This document shows, one piece after another, positions 39,889 to 50,487 of a stretch of DNA of 64,000 nucleotides (the first letter of the stretch is position 1; each line of letters starts with the position of its first letter). The position numbers and the translations under genes are program-made. A model generated the notes under the pieces. It was not told the DNA's origin, did no database searches, and was given only the letters and a program-made list of their open reading frames with translations. This stretch comes from Verrucomicrobiota bacterium (GTDB lineage Bacteria; Verrucomicrobiota; Kiritimatiellia; JAAZAB01), in NCBI GenBank assembly GCA_018898455.1, contig JAHIJO010000152.1, forward strand, positions 2,737-66,736, read 5' to 3'.

Positions 39889-40713
39889 TCACAGGGCCAA
39901 GTTTTGCTGCAATTGTTGACAACCATAACGGATGGCCCGACCGGCAGCATTCTGGACCTCGATCTCCGCCGGCAATTCTGCGACAATCTTCCCCATCAGA
40001 TCCCATTCCGCCAATCGGCGATACGACACCGTAAAGTTAAAATCATACACCCAGGACAGCAGGGTCATGAAAAAGTCCACCATCGATTTGATATGACGGT
40101 ACGACACCGTCCGGCCAGCCCTCAATTCGGCAATCGCCATAGGATTGGGCGGCCCCTTCAAGTCAATGTGATATACAAGTTCCGGATATTTTAAGAGCTC
40201 GCCATTTTCCCAAAGCGCCATCATGGTCCGGCAAATGTCCAATTTATCGGCGTCACGGATCATTTTGACAAACAGCAGAGCGCCATCCCCTATGGAATCG
40301 GAGAGATGATGCTCGTTATGGTGCCGGATGCCGGTCGCGATCCGGATCCCGTCATCCGGAACGATCCCCATTAGCACCTTGGACTTTAGTACAATCTCAG
40401 CGCCGTTCCAGCCATGGTTAACGGAAACCCGATCATTGTAGGTGTTAAACTCAGTATACTGCGAAAAGCGCCCCACGTCATGAAGGAGTCCCAGAATATA
40501 GGCTGTGCGCACATCGTCCGCCATCAGTTCCATATCGCGGGCAATCATCTCCATAATCCCCGCCACCCGCCGGCTGTGATCGGCCTTAATCTGAAGCATG
40601 GGCGCAAGGATTCCCTGCCCGTCCGCAAACAGGCGGATATAACCTTCAAACCATTCACCAATGGAATCGAACTCTTGAGAATTCATGGAACCGGAAACAT
40701 AACGCGTCAACAA
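39889..40713 (-). CDS. HD-domain phosphohydrolase
   Basis: LLHDVGR and DADKLD HD motifs. Confidence 0.65.
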   Translation of the reverse strand: MLTRYVSGSMNSQEFDSIGEWFEGYIRLFADGQGILAPMLQIKADHSRRVAGIMEMIARDMELMADDVRTAYILGLLHDVGRFSQYTEFNTYNDRVSVNHGWNGAEIVLKSKVLMGIVPDDGIRIATGIRHHNEHHLSDSIGDGALLFVKMIRDADKLDICRTMMALWENGELLKYPELVYHIDLKGPPNPMAIAELRAGRTVSYRHIKSMVDFFMTLLSWVYDFNFTVSYRRLAEWDLMGKIVAELPAEIEVQNAAGRAIRYGCQQLQQNLAL

Positions 40714-40796
40714 TGGATATTCAATCTTTTACCGGTCGCGAAAAAGAAAGATTGAGTCTGGGAGATCCAGAGATTAAGGTACCGACCGGTAAATCC

Positions 40797-41291
40797 ATGA
40801 ATGCAATTCTACAGCAATTTTTTCAGCGGAAGGCGTCCCCGCTGATTCAGTTCATCAAATATGCCCTGTCCGGATGCGTGGCCGTCCTGGTCAATATGAT
40901 CGTGTTTTATCTCCTGGCCTGGCTTGTTTTGCCCGCCCTGGGACCCGAGGATCCCGTGGTCAAAATCACCGGACTGGCCGTTCTGCCGCTGGATGACGCC
41001 ATGCGCGCGCAACGGGCGGTTATTGACAACTGCATTGCCTTTATCTTTGCCAACCTCGTCGCCTATTTATTGAACATCTACTGGGTCTTTGAGCCCGGCC
41101 GACACCATAAGGTTATCGAGATCAGCTTGTTTTACGCGGTCTCGGGAATGAGCTTTGCCATCGGCACCGCCTTGATGTGGATGCTGATCCATTATTTATC
41201 GTTCACCACCACCATCGCTTTTGGAGCGGAACTGGTGTCGGCGGCCCTGATTAATTTCGCCATGCGAAAATTCGTCATTTTCAAGGGCTAG
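40797..41291 (+). CDS. GtrA-family membrane protein
   Basis: 4-TM GtrA-like pattern (FIKYALSGCVAVLVNMIVFYLL...NFAMRKFVIF). Start trimmed to MNAIL. Confidence 0.6.
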   Translation: MNAILQQFFQRKASPLIQFIKYALSGCVAVLVNMIVFYLLAWLVLPALGPEDPVVKITGLAVLPLDDAMRAQRAVIDNCIAFIFANLVAYLLNIYWVFEPGRHHKVIEISLFYAVSGMSFAIGTALMWMLIHYLSFTTTIAFGAELVSAALINFAMRKFVIFKG

Positions 41292-42117
41292 CCGGCAAGA
41301 CCGTTCTGTGCTGGACGACCTCCAAGGCCAAGTCGCGACTGACCAGGCTGACTTCCAGATGATACTGCAGGAACATGCCCAGTATCCGTTCCACCTCCCG
41401 GAATTGACGGGGAGAACAGCGCGATATCCGGGCGGAACTCCAAGTCCGCGCCTGTTGCCAGAATCGCATAAGATTGAGGACATCCGGAGCTATCTTTTCC
41501 AGTTTATCTCCGGACGATCCGGCGCAAACGCCGCAGAGCACCCCTCCGCGAACGCACGAAAATAACGGCAAGGGCAGGCAACAGGCAGGCTTTCCTGAAA
41601 CCTCATCCGGACAACTCCGATCCTTCATGGCGTTCAGAGGGCGTTTGCATTTCAGGCATTCATTCAATTGCGGTGCGACGCCCATCGCCGCCATGAGCTT
41701 CAATTCAAACCAATACAGACAGGTTTCGAAATTCTGCGAGTCGGCCAACGCATCGAGCGCCGTGTTGAGCAAACGAAAGAGTTGCGGATGCGGAGCATAA
41801 GGCGGAGAAATCCGGGCCACTAAATGTGAAAAATAGGAAGCACATGCCGTCGCCCGCCACCGGGAACGCAAGGCCGGCCGAGTCTTGAGCGGCGAGCATT
41901 CCTTGACAATGTGAACGCCCTGGTGCAGGCGGAGATAGAACAGCAATTCGCAGGTGTAAAACAGGTCATACTGTCCAAGAAAAGGGCTCTTATGTCGCTG
42001 AGAGCCTTTGACGATTGTGGTCAAGCGCCCATGATCGGCCGTGAACCAGGTGACGATCCGGGAGGTCTCCGAAAATGGAACCATTCGCAAGACAATGGCC
42101 TGGGTTTTGAGGATCAT
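41281..42117 (-). CDS. recO: DNA repair protein RecO
   Basis: RecO N-terminal OB-fold block (AIVLRMVPFSETSRIVTWFTADHGRLTTIVKG) and a CLKC...C..C zinc motif. Confidence 0.8.
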   Translation of the reverse strand: MILKTQAIVLRMVPFSETSRIVTWFTADHGRLTTIVKGSQRHKSPFLGQYDLFYTCELLFYLRLHQGVHIVKECSPLKTRPALRSRWRATACASYFSHLVARISPPYAPHPQLFRLLNTALDALADSQNFETCLYWFELKLMAAMGVAPQLNECLKCKRPLNAMKDRSCPDEVSGKPACCLPLPLFSCVRGGVLCGVCAGSSGDKLEKIAPDVLNLMRFWQQARTWSSARISRCSPRQFREVERILGMFLQYHLEVSLVSRDLALEVVQHRTVLPASP

Positions 42118-42184
42118 GTAATGTCGGAACCTCCGGACCGACTGGAATGGCATTCAGAATATTAAGAGCTTAAGCTCTAATGGC

Positions 42185-42910
42185 TCAGGGAGGCGCCGCG
42201 GGCGAGGGCGCCGAAGGCTCGGACGCTTCGGGATGATGATTCATCCAAGCCTCCACGTGGTCCAGAAAACTGGGTGACAGACTATCTTTCCCACCCGGGT
42301 ATACGGCTCCCATCGACACGACCATTTTCATGGCATCCGCGACGCTGATGTTCACCGGCTTGACGTCCTGACGCGATACAATGAGAAGAAATCCGGAGGT
42401 CGGGTTGGGCCCCATCGGCACAAACACATCAAGATAGTCCTGCCCCTCAGGCATCCCCAGCGAATGCCGGGCAATGTCCGGCGGCAATTGCGCGGTGAGA
42501 AATCCGATGGAATGCAGTCCCAGGCGCGGAAATTGAACGATCACCACCTGCTTGAACATGTTTTTTCTCGATCTGATGACCGATTCGCTGACTTGTCGGA
42601 TAGCAATATAAACGCTTTTGATAACGGGAATGCGCGTCATCACCTTATCCCCCAGGCGATAGAGACTTCGGCCGATGATGTTGCGCGCCAGCACCCCGAT
42701 CAGATACAGGCCGAGAACGACAATGATGAGCGCCGCCAATCGATAAACGATCGCAAATTGCGTCTGCAGCCACGCCTGCGGCACCAGGTAATCCGTAATA
42801 AATGTGAACAAAAAATTGATAATGATCAGCGTGACGACCAGCGGCGTGACCAGGAGCAACCCGATGATCATGTTCGCTCGAAAAGACTTGGACACCTCGG
42901 CCAACGTCAT
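42185..42910 (-). CDS. DUF502 family membrane protein
   Basis: Two N-terminal TMs followed by the conserved DUF502 core (RIPVIKSVY...VVIVQFP). Confidence 0.65.
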   Translation of the reverse strand: MTLAEVSKSFRANMIIGLLLVTPLVVTLIIINFLFTFITDYLVPQAWLQTQFAIVYRLAALIIVVLGLYLIGVLARNIIGRSLYRLGDKVMTRIPVIKSVYIAIRQVSESVIRSRKNMFKQVVIVQFPRLGLHSIGFLTAQLPPDIARHSLGMPEGQDYLDVFVPMGPNPTSGFLLIVSRQDVKPVNISVADAMKMVVSMGAVYPGGKDSLSPSFLDHVEAWMNHHPEASEPSAPSPAAPP

Positions 42911-43056
42911 GATTTGATCTTCCTATGCATGGCCACGCCTTTCGGCTACACCGTTGACCGGCTCCACAGATTTAACATTTCACCAGATGCTGAGAATAAA
43001 TCACGGAACTGAAATGTAAAGAGCCAAATCCGGCCGCCCGCCCCGAGGGGGATGTC

Positions 43057-43527
43057 TCAGATACCATTCAGGAGCCCGTTCAGCAGATGCCGTTCCGCCG
43101 CCGCCCGCAACCAGCGCAATTCACGCGCCCGCATGCGGCGCCGCCCTTTTGGCATCCGGTCGCTCCCCCCGGATACATGATCACAGCCATGGGCCATATA
43201 CAACGCCAATTCACGATTGGCCCCGCCGTGCTTCCGACCTTCCGCCACGGCGCACTGGACGTTGATGAACAACTCGCCGCATCGTCCAGTCCTTCCCGGA
43301 ACGGACGACCCTTCAAAACTGATAACATCGGTGATTCCCTCGCGTTCCAAAAAAAGACGGTTGATCCGGGCAATCCCGGCATCATCCGTCAACACCAGCG
43401 AGATATCCTCCCAATCCCGCTGCCGATCGCGCCGGCGCGCCTGGCGCATAAAGAAAATGATCAGACGCCGGATCCTAGGAAGGTTCATCCGCGCGACTTT
43501 CTGCCTGTTGCTGATGAGAACGTTCAT
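43057..43527 (-). CDS. ybeY: rRNA maturation endoribonuclease YbeY
   Basis: About 150 aa. DVISFEG motif and H..H.....GG zinc-binding block. Start may be at an internal Met, which would reduce the overlap with the upstream gene. Confidence 0.7.
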   Translation of the reverse strand: MNVLISNRQKVARMNLPRIRRLIIFFMRQARRRDRQRDWEDISLVLTDDAGIARINRLFLEREGITDVISFEGSSVPGRTGRCGELFINVQCAVAEGRKHGGANRELALYMAHGCDHVSGGSDRMPKGRRRMRARELRWLRAAAERHLLNGLLNGI

Positions 43528-45313
43528 TGTTCGGGTACCGGATGCGTCCGTGGAGCATATTGATTAACGTAAACACAAAGGACTGTGAAATGCGGCTGAT
43601 TTCCTGCAACGTCAAGTCGCATTCATCCAGCTGGCCGTCTTTGAGTTTGGAGCTGATGATATCATGCACCAGGTTTTCAACATGACCAGACGTTATCTTC
43701 TCCAACGAACGTGAGGCGGCTTCGATGGCATCCGCCAGCGCCAGCACGGCAATCTCGCGGGATCGCGGCTTGGGTCCCGGATAACGGAAATCCTCTTCAT
43801 GGACAACGGTGTCGGGCCGGGCATTAGCCTGGGCATCCGACTGACGGGACTGCAGCAGACTGGCCTTATGATAAAAAAAGGAGACAAGCCCCGTTCCATG
43901 ATGCTGTTGAATGGCCTCAAGCACGGGCCAGGGAAGTTTATACCGTAACGCCAAATTGATGCCTTCCTTGACATGGGCGGTAATCACGAGCGAACTCATG
44001 CTGGGTACCAATTCATCGTGGGGACTGGATTCCAGCGGAATATTCTCGGAAAAAAACTCGGGCTTGACCAGCTTGCCGATGTCGTGGAAATAAGAACAAA
44101 TAGTCACGCGCAGTGAGTTGCCGCCGATGGCCGCGACCGCCGCCTGCGCCAGGTTGGCCACCATCAGGCTATGATGATACGTGCCGGCGGCTTCAATCGT
44201 CAGACGCTTCAATAGCGGATGTTCCATATCGGCAAACTCCAGGAGCGAAATATCGGTCGTGACGCCGAAGAGAATTTCCAGGAGTGGCAGGATCATCAGA
44301 ACCACCAGCGCCGATATCAGACCACCGGTCAGGCTGGCCACGACCTGCTGGATTATATCCAGCCACGGCTGATGCGCGACCAGCGCAAATCCCACAGCAA
44401 ACACCCCGCCGGCGGCGCCGGCCAAGAGCCCGATTCGCAACACCTTGGCGCGCGTACGCACAGAACGCGCCAACCGCGCTGTCACCACGGTCATGGCCAG
44501 GCCGATCACGAACACCGGGAAATCATAGCCCGCAAAGATCGCGGCCGCGTAGCTGATCCAGAACCCCATGATGATTGCAGGCCAAGGCCCGATGAGAATG
44601 GCCGCCAGGATCGGCGCCAAGGCCAGCGGAAGCAGACGGCTCAAAACAGCCGGCGGCAATGGCATCACCAGGCGATCCAGCACCAGGCACCATTTAGCGA
44701 GCAACAGGGTCAGGATCGCAATGACCACAAAGAGCAGGATCATGGAATTGCGGCTGAGCCGGCCAGGCGGGACCCATTGCAACAATAAGGCGCTAAGCAT
44801 GACGCCCAAAGCCATAAGAAGGGCGTTGCCCGCGAAAGTACCGCTTTGTCGGAACAACAGTTTTCCTTCATCGTGCCGCAATTGATGGGCTCGCAATGTC
44901 GCCAGAATGTCCGGCGTCAGGAATTGTTTCCCCGCCACCAGCCGGGTCCCCGCCGAAATGGTCTCAACGCGGGGCGGCTGTTTCGGTATCACCCGCGCGC
45001 CGGCGGTAGCGCGTTTGGACGCCGTCACAATGGGAACATCAAAATTAACCTTGGCAATGACGGTGGCTGGCGCGGGCTGGCCGACCGACCAACGATCCAC
45101 ATCAAGATCAACCCAGACACTCTGAAGCGTTATGGCGGACAACCATGCCAAAACCCAATAAAACAACCCGATAGCCGGCAAGCCCAAGATCGCTTCGGCC
45201 CGCCGGGCGATTGCCGAAGCGCTCAGTGAAGTCAACCGCTCCCGGCGTTTTTTAAAAAAACCGGAAAAGAATGGAAACATCATGAACACCCCTCCATGGG
45301 CTCGCATGGACAT
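43475..45313 (-). CDS. 7TM receptor with intracellular HD hydrolase (PgpH/YqfF-like HDIG protein)
   Basis: Extracellular N-terminal domain, 7 TMs, then HD domain (HHSLMVANLA...YFHDIGK). Conserved linkage with ybeY. Confidence 0.8.
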   Translation of the reverse strand: MSMRAHGGVFMMFPFFSGFFKKRRERLTSLSASAIARRAEAILGLPAIGLFYWVLAWLSAITLQSVWVDLDVDRWSVGQPAPATVIAKVNFDVPIVTASKRATAGARVIPKQPPRVETISAGTRLVAGKQFLTPDILATLRAHQLRHDEGKLLFRQSGTFAGNALLMALGVMLSALLLQWVPPGRLSRNSMILLFVVIAILTLLLAKWCLVLDRLVMPLPPAVLSRLLPLALAPILAAILIGPWPAIIMGFWISYAAAIFAGYDFPVFVIGLAMTVVTARLARSVRTRAKVLRIGLLAGAAGGVFAVGFALVAHQPWLDIIQQVVASLTGGLISALVVLMILPLLEILFGVTTDISLLEFADMEHPLLKRLTIEAAGTYHHSLMVANLAQAAVAAIGGNSLRVTICSYFHDIGKLVKPEFFSENIPLESSPHDELVPSMSSLVITAHVKEGINLALRYKLPWPVLEAIQQHHGTGLVSFFYHKASLLQSRQSDAQANARPDTVVHEEDFRYPGPKPRSREIAVLALADAIEAASRSLEKITSGHVENLVHDIISSKLKDGQLDECDLTLQEISRISQSFVFTLINMLHGRIRYPNNERSHQQQAESRADEPS

Positions 45314-45396
45314 CGGCGCCTTGTGCCATTACGGCCGATATCCTGAAAAGCCTTCCGTGAAATAGCATAAGCCTGATCAAAACGACATCCGCACAA

Positions 45397-46722
45397 TTAT
45401 CCCGATGCCAGGTAATGGGCTATGGCTTCCGCCAGGCGCTGATAGGTCCGATCGCGCCGGCCTGGGTCCCGCTCCAGCATCGTAACCCGAAATCCCGGCC
45501 GAGGCGATTCAAAGTCAGTAGCCGGCACGACGCAAATCCCGGTCGCGGCAAGCAAGTAATAGGCAAAGCGTTTGTCCAGCAGGATATTCGACCCCGCCAC
45601 TATCCGGCGGATGAACTCGGCAGACTTCGGATTGGCAATCGGCAGCGTCTGGCGATTATTCAGAATACCCTCGTCAAACAGGATGGTCATATAAAAAGCG
45701 CCCTGAATAGGGATAACGTGAATCCCCTTCGTCCGGCTCAATATGGCGTAAATGGCATTGCTGTTGGTTTCCAAATCCGCGCAATACCGGCTGAGCCAGC
45801 GCTCAAATTCCGGATGATCGTAAATCAAGGGAAGCGCCGTCTGGGGCAACGAGGTGGAACAGACCTCCAGCATCACCGATTTCTTGATGCTTTCGAAGTA
45901 AGCTTGGAACTCCAAATCCCGATCCGCATTATGAAATTCCAGCCAGCCGCAACGGGCGCCGGGCCAGGGAACATCCTTGGACACGCCGCGCATGACCAGC
46001 AAAGGCACGCGCGCCTTCGCCAACTCCGTGATCTGAACATAATGGGCCTGATTGAAAACCATGCGGAAATACACTTCATCCGAGATGACCATAAGCCGGT
46101 AGCGTTCGGCGATCCGAAGGACCGCCTCCAATACATCCTCGGTATACACTGCCCCCGTCGGATTGTTGGGATTGATCAGGAGAATGCCCGCCACGTCCGG
46201 ATTCCGTTTCACCTGAAATTCCAGGTGGTCAAGATCCGGCTGCCATTGGCGGCCCGGATCGAGGCGATAACCGATGGATTCCAAGCCGGCATGAAACCGC
46301 TCGGAGGAGATGTGGGTGGGATATCCCGGGTGGGGCTGAAGCACGCGGACTCCGGGCGCCAGCATGCGATAGATAATGCTGATGCCCGCCCCCAACCCAT
46401 TGACAAAGACAACCTGTTCATAATCCAGCCGGGCAGACGGCGAAAAACGTCGGGCGTAATCCACGACCCACTTCCGAGTCTCGATCCGGCCGCGGGAATG
46501 CGTATAGGCAAACACCTGCCGGGCATCGGATCGGATAAGCCCCGCCAGTATCTCCCGGATAAAGTCGGGCACGTCCCATCCCTTGGCCACCGGATCACCG
46601 ATGTTTTCCCCCATCACCTGCAACGAGGGATCGAGCGCCTGCAACTGCTGGGTAACATCCACGATTTCCCGAATGCCGTAACGCATGAGTTCAAGATTCG
46701 GACATGAAATGGATTTACGCAT
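45397..46722 (-). CDS. PLP-dependent aminotransferase, class I/II fold (alanine-aminotransferase-like)
   Basis: NPNNPTG and SKD..WPGARCGW (PLP-lysine region) motifs. Confidence 0.7.
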   Translation of the reverse strand: MRKSISCPNLELMRYGIREIVDVTQQLQALDPSLQVMGENIGDPVAKGWDVPDFIREILAGLIRSDARQVFAYTHSRGRIETRKWVVDYARRFSPSARLDYEQVVFVNGLGAGISIIYRMLAPGVRVLQPHPGYPTHISSERFHAGLESIGYRLDPGRQWQPDLDHLEFQVKRNPDVAGILLINPNNPTGAVYTEDVLEAVLRIAERYRLMVISDEVYFRMVFNQAHYVQITELAKARVPLLVMRGVSKDVPWPGARCGWLEFHNADRDLEFQAYFESIKKSVMLEVCSTSLPQTALPLIYDHPEFERWLSRYCADLETNSNAIYAILSRTKGIHVIPIQGAFYMTILFDEGILNNRQTLPIANPKSAEFIRRIVAGSNILLDKRFAYYLLAATGICVVPATDFESPRPGFRVTMLERDPGRRDRTYQRLAEAIAHYLASG

Positions 46723-46829
46723 GAACCTGTTGATCTCCTCTGTATAACAACCGGACTATTCAGGTTATCCAACTGCGGTGTGCGGTAGCCGGCGCTCCAT
46801 ATAAATCCAAGGACTGCCACCTGACGACA

Positions 46830-47318
46830 CTAGCCCAACACCTCGCCCAGCTGCCGCCAGAGAGCATCCAGCGATTGCGGAATAACTTTCACTTCGGCAA
46901 TGACCGGCATGAAATTTGTATCGCCCTCCCAGCGGGGAACAATATGCAGGTGTATATGATCCTTCAGACCGGCGCCCGCCGTCACGCCAAGATTGATCCC
47001 AATGTTAAACCCATCGGGATGCGCCGCTTTTTTCAGCGCCGTACAGGCCAAGGATGAAAGCGTCATCATCTCAAGGCGTTCTTTATCGTCCATGGCCTCC
47101 AGGCTGTCCACATGGCGATACGGCGCCACCATCAAATGCCCGTTGTTGTAGGGATACCGGTTCATCACCAGCAGGCAGACTTCCCCCCGGCGCAGTACGA
47201 GGTTTTTCTGATCCTCGCCACTCTGCGCGATTTCACACAGAAAACAGCCCGGTTCCCGGGATTTGAGAATATAATCCATGCGCCACGGCGCCCATAGGCG
47301 TTCCATACTCCTCCTCAC
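46830..47318 (-). CDS. HIT-family nucleotide hydrolase/transferase
   Basis: Histidine triad HIHLHIVPR. CFLCE zinc-binding start. Confidence 0.75.
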   Translation of the reverse strand: MRRSMERLWAPWRMDYILKSREPGCFLCEIAQSGEDQKNLVLRRGEVCLLVMNRYPYNNGHLMVAPYRHVDSLEAMDDKERLEMMTLSSLACTALKKAAHPDGFNIGINLGVTAGAGLKDHIHLHIVPRWEGDTNFMPVIAEVKVIPQSLDALWRQLGEVLG

Positions 47319-47448
47319 TTGCCTTCTTGTCCGACGAACCGGTTTATGAAATAATACGGCCCAGCACTATTGACCGGAAGCAACGTATCACGGTTAACGG
47401 TGCGTAACAAGACGGTTTTTTTAACGCCGAAATCGCGCGAGCCCAGAC

Positions 47449-48576
47449 ATGACTGCCGCCAAAGTCAGTACTAAGACCCCGGTTTACCTCATCCATGGAG
47501 AAGACGAATTCACGGGCACCACCAAGGCCAAGGAACTGATCCGGCAGATCATCCCGCCTGAAGATGAAATCCTGGGTCTTGAAATGATCAACGCCCGGTC
47601 GGACACGGTGGATGAAGCCCTGGTATTCCTGAAACAATGCCGCGAAGCCGTCCAGACCCTCGGCTTCCTGGGAAACCGGAAAGTGACCTGGTTGCGCAAC
47701 GCCAACTTTTTGGACCAAAGCATCATTGGTAAATCCAAGGAAGTCCGCGCCCGACTCAAGGACTTGGCCGAGGTCATTCAATCTGGTTTGCCCGAAGGCC
47801 ATATTCTTGTCGTCACCACCCCGCAGGTTGACGAGAAACTGGAGTTGTATCAGGTATGCAAGGCCGCCGGCGCCGTGATCGGATATGAAGCGGCCAAACC
47901 ATGGCAACGCGACAAGTCGGCCATTCCCTTCGCCGCGCGGCTATGCCAGGAACTCGGGCTCACCGCTTCCAATGACGTCATCAGCGCGTTGGTACGCAAA
48001 TCCGGAACCGACTCCCGTCAGATTCAACAGGAAATCGAAAAACTATCGGTCTACATGGGAGACACGCGAACGGTGCGGATCGAGGATATTGAGGCCGTTA
48101 TTTCCCCTTCGCGGGAATTGTTTGCCTGGAACCTGGAAGACACCGTCGCCAACAGGGATCTGGGCGCATCACTTCGCATCCTGCGTCAATTGCTCTTCCA
48201 GAAAGAAGCACCCATCCGGCTGATTTCGGGCTTGGAGAGCCGCTTCCGAAGCCTGTTGATCTTGCGGGAAGCATTGGATAAGGGCTGGATTCGATTATCC
48301 AACAAGTTTATGACGAAAGGCGCCATCACCCCCGAGCAGGAGCAACTCATGTATCAGGCGCTGAACGACAATCGGCTGAAAAATCCGTATGCAGCCGGCA
48401 TGCGAACCAAACAGGCAACGGACTTCACGTATGCCCAACTGGACCATTGCCGGCAATTGATCCTGAAAACCCGCCGCCAACTGGTCTCCAGCAGCATTCC
48501 GGACTCCTGGCTGATGGACATGCTGATCGTTAAAATATGCAAAAAACCGGGCAAGGCAGGAAACAAAACCGGTTAA
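47449..48576 (+). CDS. holA: DNA polymerase III delta subunit
   Basis: VYLIHGEDEF start and the overall length and architecture of the delta clamp-loader subunit. Confidence 0.65.
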   Translation: MTAAKVSTKTPVYLIHGEDEFTGTTKAKELIRQIIPPEDEILGLEMINARSDTVDEALVFLKQCREAVQTLGFLGNRKVTWLRNANFLDQSIIGKSKEVRARLKDLAEVIQSGLPEGHILVVTTPQVDEKLELYQVCKAAGAVIGYEAAKPWQRDKSAIPFAARLCQELGLTASNDVISALVRKSGTDSRQIQQEIEKLSVYMGDTRTVRIEDIEAVISPSRELFAWNLEDTVANRDLGASLRILRQLLFQKEAPIRLISGLESRFRSLLILREALDKGWIRLSNKFMTKGAITPEQEQLMYQALNDNRLKNPYAAGMRTKQATDFTYAQLDHCRQLILKTRRQLVSSSIPDSWLMDMLIVKICKKPGKAGNKTG

Positions 48577-48760
48577 TGATGATGAATAACTGAGTGGTAA
48601 AAAAACGGGAGAGATTAGACAACTGGCCGCCATCGCCGGACATTATCGAGTGCCCAGCACCCTGGATATCATTGATTGAAGATCAATCCTGCCTATTCAG
48701 CGCTTTTCACAAAACGTGAGCGTTCAGATGCGCCGGCAACTGTCGGCCTTGAACGCTTGA

Positions 48761-49156
48761 TTAGCCTTCCGATGTCTTTGTATAGGCTGGCTTCAGCCCC
48801 TTAATCATAGGATAGTGTTTGATGTTAAGGGTAATCAGATCGGCGTTCTCGGTTTGGGCTGTGGCGGCCATGATAGCGTCGGCCAAACCGACTCCATAGG
48901 ACCTTGCATAGTCCCTCTTGTAAAGCCCGGCTATACGTGCGAGTTCGGGAGATACGGAAACGATAGGGAATAGGTGAATGAGGCTGTCAAGCGAACTCAA
49001 CTCTTCATCACCTCTCACGCCCGCGCAGAGTTCCGCAACAACGATGCTCGACAAGATGATCAGGACCGACTGTGCATGAACCAGGGCGACGGCCTTCGGA
49101 TGGCCCCGAAGGAAATCAACCATCACATCGGTATCGACCAGGACGTGTTTCGTCAT
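48761..49156 (-). CDS. vapC: PIN-domain toxin VapC
   Basis: Acidic PIN residues (LVDTDVMVDF...AE...DAIMAA...LIT.N). Follows a small RHH gene. Confidence 0.75.
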   Translation of the reverse strand: MTKHVLVDTDVMVDFLRGHPKAVALVHAQSVLIILSSIVVAELCAGVRGDEELSSLDSLIHLFPIVSVSPELARIAGLYKRDYARSYGVGLADAIMAATAQTENADLITLNIKHYPMIKGLKPAYTKTSEG

Positions 49157-49160
49157 AATA

Positions 49161-49394
49161 TCAGCCTCTGTCCAAAGAACGTCTCACCGCCGCGAAATCG
49201 GGCAAGTCTTTCCGGTTCCTCCATAGGCCGGCGACCTTATCCAGAATAACCTTTCGGCAGTTGCCTCTGGTCAGGTCCAGAAACCGATCCACGGCCTCAC
49301 GCACAATCTCCGACTGCGTCTTGTCTGTAGATTTGGCGACAGCATCCAGTCCGGCTCTTTCTTCTTCCGTCAGGTATATCTGCGTCCTCACCAT
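49161..49394 (-). CDS. vapB: Ribbon-helix-helix (CopG-like) antitoxin
   Basis: 77 aa. RTQIYLTEEERAGLD RHH motif, 4 bp upstream of vapC. Confidence 0.7.
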   Translation of the reverse strand: MVRTQIYLTEEERAGLDAVAKSTDKTQSEIVREAVDRFLDLTRGNCRKVILDKVAGLWRNRKDLPDFAAVRRSLDRG

Positions 49395-49565
49395 GGCACA
49401 CCTCCTTCACATACATCATCATTATACATCACAATCCGAATGTCAATGCCAAAACCAATTGATCCCTAAAATTTACAATTGGCGATAAAATGATCGCCAG
49501 CTTGATATCGCGGCCTGAACCGCGTATGATTCACTATCGGATAATAAATCAGAAACTCTTTTCAC

Positions 49566-49641
49566 GGGCCCGTAGCTCAGTTGGTCAGAGCGGAGGACTC
49601 ATAATCCTTTGGTCGTAGGTTCAAGTCCTACCGGGCCCACC
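49566..49641 (+). tRNA. tRNA with CAT anticodon (elongator Met or lysidine-modified Ile2)
   Basis: GGGCCCGTAGCTCAGTTGGTCAGAGCGGAGGACTCATAATCCTTTGGTCGTAGGTTCAAGTCCTACCGGGCCCACC. Canonical cloverleaf with anticodon CAT. Confidence 0.85.
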
Positions 49642-50125
49642 CTGTTTTCCACCTTTATTCCGCTTGCCCGACACACGTTTAAGCCAATAAACACAAGGGG
49701 TTAATGAGCATACCCCGTTTTTAGGCCGGGCTTACCCATGCTTATCCATGCTCTTCGAGGCGAGTGCATTTGGGGGCTTGAACTGGAAGCATATTCCCGC
49801 ACCGCCGACTGATTCAGCGATTGGATGCTTTCGGCCAGGCCACGGATGGATGCGAGCATGGATGCGTAGTCGCTCACGGCTTGCCTTTGTCCACATGTGG
49901 CATCGAATGAACGCTGTTCGTGTTCCGAATTAAGGTGTCTTGGATGCCGATTTTGGCAATGTCCTGTTTGCATGAGCCATTTCCCTTTGTGCCGTTTGCG
50001 GCACCTTGGTCAAGGCACGCCCAAAGCAGCGGGATGTCCCAAATGTCCCATAACTGTCCCATTTCAATTGCGTGGCCGGAGGCGGGTCTCTGAATCGCTG
50101 GGAGGGCAAATGTCTCATAAGTGGC

Positions 50126-50335
50126 TCATTTCTTTCCGCTCAAAACGTAGTGGCTGCCGCGCTTCTCGCCGACGCGGCGGAAAACACCTTTGACAACCAG
50201 GACATCCAAGTCTCGAGTCGCTGTCTTGCGGGTTGTTTTTGCGAGCTGCTGGTAGTCTGTGTTGGTGATGCGTCCGTGACGCTTGATGTGCGCGATGGCT
50301 TTTATCTGCCGCTCAGTCAACGCCAGTCCGGCCAT
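50126..50335 (-). pseudogene. Remnant of a Fic/divergent-AAA-type regulator (C-terminal winged-helix only)
   Basis: LTERQIKAIAHIKRHGRITNTDYQQL...SRKTATRDLDVLVVKGVFRRVG resembles the conserved C-terminal wHTH of that family. No N-terminal domain is present. Confidence 0.4.
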
Positions 50336-50487
50336 AGCCCGATCCGATAGCCGCCCCTACTCCTATCTCACGGCAACCGGCTATCTTTGGGTAAACCGGA
50401 GACGGCTTGATTTCGATTTGCCACCTTTTGCTGTTTAATTATGTAGAGAGTTATTGACAAGTCCCTACATTATGCAACACTGTCGTC

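Noticed and set aside
49701-50062. Small minus-strand ORFs between the tRNA and the Fic-like fragment
   Set aside because: They have no homology features and probably represent decayed remnants of the same truncated island gene. They are covered by the islet finding instead.
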